From: a virus
Lineage: Duplodnaviria > Heunggongvirae > Uroviricota > Caudoviricetes
Virus record (IMG/VR): IMGVR_UViG_3300020048_006428
Coordinates: 119,178-183,177 of that record
Direction: 5' to 3' (one strand)
DNA: 64,000 nt
The position numbers and the translations under genes are program-made. Under the pieces are notes generated by a model. The model had not been told where the DNA came from and made no database searches. It worked only from the letters and a program-made list of their open reading frames with translations. Positions 52,034 through 60,913 of the stretch are shown here, one piece after another (position 1 is the stretch's first letter; every line of letters begins with the position of its first letter).

Positions 52034-52766
52034 AATCACTAAAATATTTTATCTTAAAACTTTCATTTTTAGTTGACTTATCAATAACATCTTTATTAGT
52101 TGTTGTGAAATAATATCCTTGTTTCATAAATTCATTTCTATCAGTAATTGCCGCCCCATTTTGACCAGGAAACGCTGTCATTACAGACAATACAATTTTA
52201 TCACCAATTTTTCCTAACTTAGCACCTATAAAACTCATAAAAGTTGTAGTTTTACCATCACCATCTTTGACTTTTATCTTAAAGTCATTCTTTTGACCTT
52301 TTCTTGGACCACCCTTTATTTCTTCACTATATTCATACACATCCAATGATTTGAAATCATCACTGTCTACATCCAGCTTATGTAAATTTTCAACACCAAC
52401 ATTCATTTTAGAATCAACACCTAACCATTTAAATTTTTCAGCATCATCCTTATTAGTAACTTCTCTTTCATTTGCTCCAAATCCAACAGACATTTTACTT
52501 ACTTTATTATTTGACACCAAAGATATAATAGCTTTTTTAAGATCAATGCCCTTATTAAATTTAGAACCTGGTATAGTTTCATCAATATGAGAATCTGTTA
52601 TGTGACTAACATCATCAATAAGTAAAATATAATCACCAGCTTCAAATACAGTATTGCTATTAGCATCAATTTTACCTTTAAGAAAGTCATTATTATCTAT
52701 CATTTTTTGAATATCTGGATATATATTATCTAAATTTTCAAATAATCTAAATTTCTTTATTATCAT
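52023..52766 (-). CDS. Hypothetical protein with N-terminal tag (MIIKKFRLFE)
   Basis: 247-aa ORF; TTTAATATATA at 52791-52781. Confidence 0.7.
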   Translation of the reverse strand: MIIKKFRLFENLDNIYPDIQKMIDNNDFLKGKIDANSNTVFEAGDYILLIDDVSHITDSHIDETIPGSKFNKGIDLKKAIISLVSNNKVSKMSVGFGANEREVTNKDDAEKFKWLGVDSKMNVGVENLHKLDVDSDDFKSLDVYEYSEEIKGGPRKGQKNDFKIKVKDGDGKTTTFMSFIGAKLGKIGDKIVLSVMTAFPGQNGAAITDRNEFMKQGYYFTTTNKDVIDKSTKNESFKIKYFSDYLK

Positions 52767-52812
52767 ATATTTTTTTCTTTTATATATTAAAAATTAAAAA
52801 TCAAAAATAAAT

Positions 52813-52844
52813 TTTGTTTTATCAAAAAATGTTTCTATATTTAC
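52813..52844 (+). promoter_or_regulatory. Bacteroidota-like housekeeping promoter candidate
   Basis: TTTG (52813-52816), 19 nt, TATATTTA (52836-52843), one mismatch to TAnnTTTG; TATATTTAC also precedes argS (38837-38829). Confidence 0.35.
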
Positions 52845-52875
52845 ATATTCATTAATAAAACATAAACTTAACAAT

Positions 52876-53337
52876 ATGAAAGCTGGTCTTATTTCACACG
52901 AAAACGCTTTGAGATTTATTTATGGCGGAAAATGTTTTGTTACCTTTCTTAATACACAAAGTGAAAATAGATTTACTTACAAAGTCTTTAAATGCAAAGA
53001 TGATGATAGTTTATATTTTGTTAGCCTATTAACCGGACCTGAACAATATACCTTTATTGGTACATTAACTGATGTAAATTTTTATCATTCTAAAAAATCA
53101 ACAATCGGTTTTGATGCACAATCAGTTAAAGTATTTAAATATGTCTTAAATAAATTAAAAGAAAATACTTTACAAGATTTTATTGAAATTTATCATGATG
53201 GTCGCTGTGGTAAATGCGGAAGACAATTAACTACACCAAATTCAGTAACTATTGGAATTGGACCGGAATGTCTTAAAAATATAAACTTGAGTATAGAAGA
53301 AAAACGTGAAATAAAACTAAGACAACTTGGTATATAA
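52876..53337 (+). CDS. DUF6011-like Zn-binding protein
   Basis: HDGRCGKCGRQLTTPNSVTIGIGPEC; ends REIKLRQLGI. Confidence 0.7.
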   Translation: MKAGLISHENALRFIYGGKCFVTFLNTQSENRFTYKVFKCKDDDSLYFVSLLTGPEQYTFIGTLTDVNFYHSKKSTIGFDAQSVKVFKYVLNKLKENTLQDFIEIYHDGRCGKCGRQLTTPNSVTIGIGPECLKNINLSIEEKREIKLRQLGI

Positions 53338-53338
53338 T

Positions 53339-53377
53339 AAAAAAGACAACCTAATTTTTTAGGTTGTCTTTTTTTTT
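53339..53377. terminator. Bidirectional terminator (identical core to 24856-24893, opposite orientation)
   Basis: A6-GACAACCT-AATTTTTT-AGGTTGTC-T9. Confidence 0.85.
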
Positions 53378-53378
53378 A

Positions 53379-54602
53379 TTATCCAAATAAATCTTCTGCA
53401 CTAATATCATCCGAATATCCATTTTCATCTAAATCACTTTCAATAACATCAACGAATTGCTTTTCAACTTCTTCAATTTCATCTAATGATTTAAATCTAA
53501 AATAATCATTTACAATTGGTGCCATTCTTTGTAACACATCTTGTGTAAATACTTCAGGTGTGAATAGATTTTTGAAAAATACAGATTTATCCAAATGTCT
53601 AACATACCATTTAAGACCACCTGGTTTAAATACCATTTCACCAGTTGCTTTATCTACTTCTTCTTTACCTTGTGCAATACCAATTTGCTTGAAATATTCA
53701 GGTCTACAAAAAGCATCCAATCCAGTATATGGATTCATACCTGATACAAAAGATATTTCAAATTTTATTTGCTTAGGTTTAGCCATACGATTTTTTATTG
53801 CTTTAAATGTAACAACAATACCAGATTGCCCCAAATCCATTTCATCCTCCTGTCCAGTCTTTAGCTTTGCCTTGGAAACCATCCCGATTATTGATGATGA
53901 ATAAACCAATGCTTTACCTCCTTTTAATATTTGCTGTGGATACATATTACCTTGTTCTAAATAAACATGGTTACAAACGACCATTGGTATTCCCAAATAC
54001 CCTAAATCAGTGTTTATGGATCTAAATAAAGCTGCTAATGCTTTAGCTCTAGTCATATCAACTTTTAGATTACCCGAAATTAAATCTTCCTTTTCTTTAT
54101 TTGAACTCATTTGTCCAACAGAATCTAATACAATTAAGAATGGTTCAATGGATCCATTTTCCATCTTTTCTTGCTTAAGTGAATCCAATAATTGAGTTAA
54201 TAACAAATTTATATCTTCAACCTTATTACCTCTTATCAATTTGAATTTTTCTGGATTGTTATCTATACCATATTTTGGCATATCATCTAAATTTAAACTA
54301 TATTCTGTATCTATATAAATAACACCATATCCATCCTTTTGCGCATTTTTAGCAACTGATAGAGCAACATAAGTCTTGCCTGTACCTGAATCACCTGCAA
54401 CACAAAATATTTTCCCCATTTCAATACCACCATCCATCATTCTTGCACTTAAGGCAGCATTTAATAAATAAACTCCTGTACTAATAAACCTTCTTTCTTG
54501 TATTTCCTTTTCTATAATAACTGGAACTTTTTTTGATATATTATCTAATAAATCACCAACTTTAGAAAAACTAAAACTTTTCTTTTCTATTTTCTTTGCC
54601 AT
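53379..54602 (-). CDS. recA: RecA/UvsX recombinase
   Basis: ISTGVYLLNAAL, AGDSGTGKT, YIDTE, VLDSV, DMTRAKAL, VCNHVY, GGKALVYSS, KNRMAKP. Confidence 0.92.
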   Translation of the reverse strand: MAKKIEKKSFSFSKVGDLLDNISKKVPVIIEKEIQERRFISTGVYLLNAALSARMMDGGIEMGKIFCVAGDSGTGKTYVALSVAKNAQKDGYGVIYIDTEYSLNLDDMPKYGIDNNPEKFKLIRGNKVEDINLLLTQLLDSLKQEKMENGSIEPFLIVLDSVGQMSSNKEKEDLISGNLKVDMTRAKALAALFRSINTDLGYLGIPMVVCNHVYLEQGNMYPQQILKGGKALVYSSSIIGMVSKAKLKTGQEDEMDLGQSGIVVTFKAIKNRMAKPKQIKFEISFVSGMNPYTGLDAFCRPEYFKQIGIAQGKEEVDKATGEMVFKPGGLKWYVRHLDKSVFFKNLFTPEVFTQDVLQRMAPIVNDYFRFKSLDEIEEVEKQFVDVIESDLDENGYSDDISAEDLFG

Positions 54603-54627
54603 TTTTCTTTCGCTTTTTTTTATATAG

Positions 54628-54734
54628 TATATATAAAAAATTCCACACCCCCCTTTCGATATTTTTAGACTTATTTAATTATTTATTTTATTTTCAAATA
54701 AATACTGAAGGGGGGTATAAGTTTTTTATATATA
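54628..54734. promoter_or_regulatory. Mirror-image divergent promoter pair containing G6 boxes
   Basis: AAGGGGGGT-N5/6-TTTTTTATATATA on both strands (54655-54628 toward recA; 54708-54734 toward the endonuclease). Confidence 0.55.
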
Positions 54735-54738
54735 ATTT

Positions 54739-56367
54739 ATGAACAGTTACGAATTTTTAAAAAAAGCACAAGAAGTACATGGACATAAATATTTATACCC
54801 ATTGTTACCAAATAAGATAACACACAAAGATAAAATTGATGTATTATATAATGATGTTTTATATACACAATCAGTTTGTAAACATCTTATGGGTAGATGC
54901 CCAGAAAAAAATATACCAATTAAAACACATGAACAATTCATTAATGAATGTAAGGAAATATGGGGGGATAAATATGACTATTCTTTAGTTGAATATATTG
55001 GTTCACTAAAACCAATTAAGATAATATATAATGGTGTAATTTTTGAACAAATAGCATCATCACATATAAATGGACTTAAACCCGAACTTAATATGAATAG
55101 GGATTGGTTCATAAAACGTTCTAAAGATAAATGGGGTGATAAATATGATTATTCTTTAGTTGAATACACAAATTGTAAAGCTAAAGTTAAAATAATTTAT
55201 AAAAAAACAGGTGAAATTTATGAGCAAACACCAGAAGGACATTTAAAAAACGCACCAGAAAATATACACCTTTCTATTAGAAGAACAACGGAAAAATTCA
55301 TAGAAGAATCAATTAAAATACATAAAGATAAATATGATTATTCATTAGTAAATTATATTACAAATAGTACTAAAGTAAATATAATATGTAAAAAACACGG
55401 TATATTTTCACAAGTCCCACAATCACATTTAATAGGAAATGGGTGTAAAAAATGTGGCTTTGAAAACAGTTCAAGGGAACATAAACCAAAATATACAACA
55501 GCAGAATTCATAAATGAAGCTAAAATTATATGGGGTGATAAATATGATTATTCTTTAGTTGACTATAAAAATTGTAAAACTAAAATAAAAATAATATTTG
55601 ATGGTATAATATATGAACAAACCCCAATATCACATTTTAAATATCCACCAGAAAGATTTCTAAATCAAGAAATCTTTCTAATAAAAGCTAAAAGGAAATG
55701 GGGTGATAAATATGATTATTCTTTGACTAATTTTATAGATTCACGAAAAACTATAAAAATAAAGTTTAACAACGAAATATATGAACAACTACCATGTAAT
55801 CATTTAAATTATGCACCTGAACTAAGAAACACCAAATCACAAGATGAATTTATAAATGAGTCAAAGAAAATACATAATTATAAATATAATTATGATGATG
55901 TAATTTATTCAAATATATCAACACAAGTTACTATAAGTTGCCCAAAACATGGAAAATTTAAACAGAAACCTTGTATTCATTTAAAGGGAAGTGGTTGTAA
56001 AAAATGTTCAGAATCTTTTGGTGAAAAAGCAATATCAAATTTTTTAGATATTAAAAACATTTCATATATTAGAGAACATAAATTTGATGATTGTAGATAC
56101 ATTCAATTACTTAAATTTGATTTCTATATACCATCCTTTAGAACTTGCATTGAATTTGATGGTATTCAACATTTTACACCTATTGAATATTTCGGTGGTA
56201 TAAAAGCATACGAATCGCTTGTAATTAGAGATAAAATAAAAGAACAATATTGCGAAGACAATTATATCAATCTAATAAGAATAAAATATGATAAGATTGA
56301 CAATATTGAAGAAATATTAAAAGAAAATTTAAAAGTCCTTTTAGAATTAAAAAACACCAATTATTAA
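54739..56367 (+). mobile_element. Free-standing homing-endonuclease-like gene (about 7 WGDKYDYSxVxY repeats + PD-(D/E)XK-like nuclease)
   Basis: Repeated F.......WGDKYDYSLVEY modules; C-terminal LKFDFYIP...CIEFDGIQHF...YCEDNYINLIRIKY, paralogous to 7581-8861. Confidence 0.75.
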
Positions 56368-56379
56368 TTGGTGTTTTTT
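56349..56379. terminator. Bidirectional terminator
   Basis: AAAAAACACCAATT-ATT-AATTGGTGTTTTTT between the convergent endonuclease and LRR genes. Confidence 0.8.
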
Positions 56380-56382
56380 AAA

Positions 56383-57090
56383 TTATATATAAGTATATCC
56401 TTCTATTTCTTCTGGTAATTCTACCTGTTTATTATAATATTCGTTATAATCTTTTAATGCTTCTTCTAAAAGGTATTTAACTATTTTACAATCTTTTCTT
56501 AAAAAATTAAATGTTTCTTGATAGTCTAAAAAAAGTTTATATTCATAATCCCCATGGAAAAACAATCCAGCTAAATTATCCAATGGTGTTTCATAACAAG
56601 ATATATCAGAATCAGTTGGAAGTCCTTCTAATGTTGATATCATATTATCATCAAATCTTACCATTTCAGCATTTGGACAGCCAACCAAAGATGTTAATTT
56701 GTTACCAGAACAAATAAATCGTTTTACGGTAGTTGGTAAATATTCCAATTTTTCCAAAAAATTACCAGAACAATTATACACACCATTAACTACTTTAGGA
56801 CCACCTTTTAAAGTAGTTAATCCATAGTTATTCATACAATAAAAACCTTCACCTACATAATTAGGAGATCCTTCTAAAGTTTTTAATTGATTATAGTTGC
56901 AATAAAAACTACCTGTTACTTTATTAAATTTTAATGGTAGTTCTTTTAATTTTTTACTATATAAAGAAACATTACCATCAACATCAATAGACCCATCAGG
57001 ATTTATTGTATAGTTTTGTATGTTATACACTTTACAAATTTCATCAATTTCTGACGTATCAAAGTTTTCAAATAATTTTAAGTATTTCAT
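56383..57090 (-). CDS. LRR-family protein, paralog 4 (about 5 more divergent repeats)
   Basis: Shared caps MKYLKLFENF / ELPEEIEGYTYI. Confidence 0.85.
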   Translation of the reverse strand: MKYLKLFENFDTSEIDEICKVYNIQNYTINPDGSIDVDGNVSLYSKKLKELPLKFNKVTGSFYCNYNQLKTLEGSPNYVGEGFYCMNNYGLTTLKGGPKVVNGVYNCSGNFLEKLEYLPTTVKRFICSGNKLTSLVGCPNAEMVRFDDNMISTLEGLPTDSDISCYETPLDNLAGLFFHGDYEYKLFLDYQETFNFLRKDCKIVKYLLEEALKDYNEYYNKQVELPEEIEGYTYI

Positions 57091-57641
57091 ATTTCAAAAT
57101 AAATATCTAATATTTCTAATGTTTTAGAATCATCTTTATTATATTGGATTTTATTATCACCCAATAATATTTTACCACCACTAATTAAATCAATTAGTGG
57201 TTCTTCTCTATTAAATAATTCCATTTCATCATTATTTATAATTATTTGAGTATCATAAATAACTTTACTTTCACCAATTCGAATTGATGCAGCATGTGAA
57301 GTTCCACCAATATTATTGGTCCTTGGTATTCTATTATTATTTTTGGAAGGTATTTTAATATTTAATTCTTTACCAATTGCTTCTGGATTATTAATAAAAT
57401 ATTTAGTAGCTTTTTCCTTAGCTTCATCAAAAATACCATCAAAATCATTTGATTCTTCATCAGGCATATTCATTTTGGCTATTTTAAATACTAAATCATA
57501 ATTACCATCATCTACTAAAGAATCAACATATTCTTTAGCACCTTTATTTATAATTGGATTGTATTTTGGGACAAAGTCAATTGACGATGAATCTCTATTT
57601 GAATCATCAATGAATGATTCGTATTTTTTTAAGTATTTCAT
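57087..57641 (-). CDS. Non-LRR hypothetical protein with N-terminal tag (MKYLKKYES), inside the LRR array
   Basis: ATGA-coupled on both sides. Confidence 0.7.
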   Translation of the reverse strand: MKYLKKYESFIDDSNRDSSSIDFVPKYNPIINKGAKEYVDSLVDDGNYDLVFKIAKMNMPDEESNDFDGIFDEAKEKATKYFINNPEAIGKELNIKIPSKNNNRIPRTNNIGGTSHAASIRIGESKVIYDTQIIINNDEMELFNREEPLIDLISGGKILLGDNKIQYNKDDSKTLEILDIYFEI

Positions 57642-58477
57642 ATATAAGTATATCCTTCTATTTTTTCAGGTAATTCTACCTGATTATTATAATATTCATT
57701 GTAATCTCTTATAGCTTCTTCTAATAAGTGTTTAACAATTTTAAAATCCTTTCTTATAAAATTATATGTTTCTTGATATTCTAAACAAATTTTAGCAACA
57801 TAACCAAATATACTTATAATAGAATCTATTGGATTATCATCATAATAGCTATCACCTTGAATTCTATTAGGGGCACCTTCTAATGATGTTATTTTATTAG
57901 ACTTACAATTTAACATCCCATTAATTTCATTTGGACAACCTATTAAATTTACCAATTGATTATTATAACAATAAAAATCACCTTCAACATAATTAGGACA
58001 ACCTATTAAACTTGTTAATTGATTATGTGAACAATCAAAAAACTCACCACCAACTTCTCTTGGACAACCTATCAAACTTGTTAATTTATTATCACGACAA
58101 TCAAAAGAATCAGCAACTTCTTTAGGACAACCATCTAAATTGGTTAATTGATTCCTTGCGCAATCAAAATAACCACCAACATAATTAGGACATCCTTCTA
58201 GATTAGTCAATTTATTCCAAGAACAAACAAAATCACGACCAACATAATTAGGACAACCTATTAAACTTACTAATTTGTTACTAGAACAAATAAAATTTCC
58301 AGAAACCCTATTAAATTTAAGTGGTAGTTTTGTTAAATTTATATATTTAAATTTCACATCACCATCCACATCAATAGATCCATCTGGATTAATTGTATAA
58401 TTTGTTATACCATATTCATTACAAATTTCATCAATTTCTGATGAATCAAAGTTTTCAAATAGTTTTATGTATTTCAT
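57638..58477 (-). CDS. LRR-family protein, paralog 5 (7 repeats)
   Basis: 279 aa = 194 + 4 x 21 + 1; shared caps. Confidence 0.88.
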   Translation of the reverse strand: MKYIKLFENFDSSEIDEICNEYGITNYTINPDGSIDVDGDVKFKYINLTKLPLKFNRVSGNFICSSNKLVSLIGCPNYVGRDFVCSWNKLTNLEGCPNYVGGYFDCARNQLTNLDGCPKEVADSFDCRDNKLTSLIGCPREVGGEFFDCSHNQLTSLIGCPNYVEGDFYCYNNQLVNLIGCPNEINGMLNCKSNKITSLEGAPNRIQGDSYYDDNPIDSIISIFGYVAKICLEYQETYNFIRKDFKIVKHLLEEAIRDYNEYYNNQVELPEKIEGYTYI

Positions 58478-59118
58478 ATATAAGTATATCCTTCTATTTT
58501 TTCAGGTAATTCTACCTGCTTTTTATAATATTCATTAAAATCTTTTAATGCTTCTTCTAATAAGTGTCTAACTATTTTACAATCCTTTCTTAAAAAATTA
58601 TATGTTTCTTGATATTCTAAATAATATTTAACTTCAAAATCAAATAAATCTGTAATTTTTGATATTGGATTACCACAATCATTAAAAAACCCATCAACTT
58701 TAGGACAACCTTCTAATGTAGTTAATTTATTATCAGCACAATGAAAACCACAAATAACTTCTTTTGGGCAACCATCTAAACTGGTTAATTTATTATCAGA
58801 ACAATCAAAATAACCACCAACTTCTTTTGGACCACCAATTAAATTGGTTAATTCATTATCAGAACAATTAAAATTATCACCTACATAATTAGGCGAACCT
58901 TCTAAAGTAGTTAATTTATTATCACCACAATCAAAACTCCCATAAACTTTATTAAATTTAAGTGGTAATTTAGTTAATTCATCACCCAATAAATCAACAT
59001 CTTCATCCACATCAATTGAACCATCTGAATTTATAGTATAATAATATATATCATATTCTTTACAAATAGCATCAATTTCCGATGAATTAAAGTTTTCAAA
59101 TAATTTTAAGTATTTCAT
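58474..59118 (-). CDS. LRR-family protein, paralog 6 (4 repeats)
   Basis: Shared caps; TTTAATATATA at 59157-59147. Confidence 0.88.
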   Translation of the reverse strand: MKYLKLFENFNSSEIDAICKEYDIYYYTINSDGSIDVDEDVDLLGDELTKLPLKFNKVYGSFDCGDNKLTTLEGSPNYVGDNFNCSDNELTNLIGGPKEVGGYFDCSDNKLTSLDGCPKEVICGFHCADNKLTTLEGCPKVDGFFNDCGNPISKITDLFDFEVKYYLEYQETYNFLRKDCKIVRHLLEEALKDFNEYYKKQVELPEKIEGYTYI

Positions 59119-59179
59119 TTTTAAAATAAACTTATCAATTTAATTGTATATATTAAATATTTTATACACAAAAAATATA

Positions 59180-59479
59180 ATGAACAAACTATATATCAAT
59201 ACAAAACAATTTACATATACCTTTGTAGATAAATATAAAAATGCTTTTCTGTTTAAAAAAAATCAATATATAGATTTTAAAAATGAATTGGATAAAGCTG
59301 AATTTATTTTATTTGAAGAAAATGGAACTTATTTTAAATATCTATCGTTAGTTAAATGTAAAATCTATTTACACGTTAATAGATATGATGATTATTTTGA
59401 ATTTGATACAAATTCAGAATATCAAAAATTAGAAATAGAAGACAAACGTGATTTTTTTATAAAAACAATATTAGAATAA
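59180..59479 (+). CDS. Hypothetical protein ending KRDFFIKTILE
   Basis: In-frame ATG at 59180 preferred because the track start at 59144 overlaps the divergent promoter. Confidence 0.55.
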   Translation: MNKLYINTKQFTYTFVDKYKNAFLFKKNQYIDFKNELDKAEFILFEENGTYFKYLSLVKCKIYLHVNRYDDYFEFDTNSEYQKLEIEDKRDFFIKTILE

Positions 59480-60030
59480 TGAATATTTGGTTTACATCCG
59501 ACTTACACTTTTCACATAAAAATATAGCTGGTGCAAAAGTTTCACAATGGAATTCCGGATTCCGGACATTTGATTCAATTGATCAAATGAATGACACCTT
59601 ATTTAACACACTTAATAAATATGTTAAAAAGGGCGATATACTTTATTTTCTTGGTGATTTTTGTTTTGGTGGGCATGACAAAACACCTTTATATAGATCA
59701 AAAATAAACTGTGACACAATCCACTTTATCAGAGGAAATCACGATGAACATATAGATTTATATAAAGATAGTTTCACATCAATAAATGATGTGATGACAC
59801 TTAAATATGCAAAGAAAACTATATTTCTATCACACTATGCACACAGAGCTTGGAATGGTAGCCATAAAGGTGTAGTTCATTTATATGGACATAATCATGG
59901 AACATTAGAAGATTATGGATTGTCTATGGATGTTGGTGTTGATGTAGCATATAGAATGTTTGGCGAATATAGACCATTCAACATAAATGAAATTATTGAT
60001 ATAATGAATAATAAAAATATAGAAAGATGA
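59479..60030 (+). CDS. Calcineurin-like metallophosphoesterase
   Basis: SDLHFSH, LGDF, GNHD, LSHY, GHNH. Confidence 0.9.
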   Translation: MNIWFTSDLHFSHKNIAGAKVSQWNSGFRTFDSIDQMNDTLFNTLNKYVKKGDILYFLGDFCFGGHDKTPLYRSKINCDTIHFIRGNHDEHIDLYKDSFTSINDVMTLKYAKKTIFLSHYAHRAWNGSHKGVVHLYGHNHGTLEDYGLSMDVGVDVAYRMFGEYRPFNINEIIDIMNNKNIER

Positions 60031-60239
60031 TAATAACAATAAAATTAGAAAAAGAAGATTTTGATGCAATGCATGATATAATATATGATGTTACAGGAAT
60101 CGAACCAACAAACGAACAAATCCAAGGAATTTGGGATATCTTACCAGATTATATTAAAGGAGTTGCCCTACAATGGGGGTGTAATGATTCAGTTTTCAGA
60201 GATGATATGTATGTATGGTTAAGAAAAAATAATAAATGA
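60027..60239 (+). CDS. Small hypothetical protein
   Basis: 70-aa ORF, ATGA-coupled on both sides. Confidence 0.55.
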   Translation: MIITIKLEKEDFDAMHDIIYDVTGIEPTNEQIQGIWDILPDYIKGVALQWGCNDSVFRDDMYVWLRKNNK

Positions 60240-60853
60240 TAAACATATTTGATAAAAATCCTATTAATTTAGGCAATTTAATATGTGCATCAGGTGGGGC
60301 AGATGGATCCGATACATATTTTGAATCTATTGGTAATAGATATGGTGTTTTGACAAAAGCATATTCATATAAAACAAAATCACATAAATCAACATCAAAA
60401 GTTGAAATTTCTGATTCTGATTATTTAGAAGGTGTTTTAGAAATTAAAAATGCCAATAAAATCTTAAAAAGATATGGCATTGATAGATATATGAATCTAT
60501 TAGCAAGAAATTGGGCGCAAGTCAAATATTCTAAGCAAATATTTGCTATTGGGACTATTTTATCACCAGGCGAAAAAGGTTCTAAAGGACATAAGTCAAA
60601 TGCTAAACATCAAACAGTAGATGGTGGGACAGGCTATGCCATCCAAATGGGTATAAATAATCTAAGAGATATATATGTTTTTGATCAAAATAAATCATCT
60701 TGGTATCATTGGGATTATAATAGTATATCATTTAAACTAACTAAACCACCAACTATAACATTTGAAGATTTTGCTGGAATCGGAACACGTCAAATTAACC
60801 AAAATGGAATTGATGCAATTGAAAAATTATATTTAGATACTTTTTCAAAATAA
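60236..60853 (+). CDS. SLOG/YspA-like nucleotide-binding protein
   Basis: ASGGADGSD, VDGGTGYA and FAGIGTR glycine-rich motifs. Confidence 0.6.
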   Translation: MINIFDKNPINLGNLICASGGADGSDTYFESIGNRYGVLTKAYSYKTKSHKSTSKVEISDSDYLEGVLEIKNANKILKRYGIDRYMNLLARNWAQVKYSKQIFAIGTILSPGEKGSKGHKSNAKHQTVDGGTGYAIQMGINNLRDIYVFDQNKSSWYHWDYNSISFKLTKPPTITFEDFAGIGTRQINQNGIDAIEKLYLDTFSK

Positions 60854-60913
60854 TTTAAACTTTATCAAAATACGTAATATAATATCCAATTTAAAACTAA
60901 CGAATAATTTAAT

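Noticed and set aside
52023-52766. Toxin-like RNase suggested by the C-terminal VMTAFP motif
   Set aside because: A single short motif with no identifiable catalytic residues; a structure search is needed.
357-59118. Diversity-generating retroelement as the source of LRR variation
   Set aside because: No reverse transcriptase or non-coding template repeat is visible in the window, and differences between paralogs are not obviously restricted to adenines. It cannot be excluded elsewhere in the genome.
57638-59118. CRISPR array suggested by ~63-bp periodic repeats
   Set aside because: The repeats are in-frame coding LRR units with synonymous variation, have no unique spacers, and there are no cas genes.
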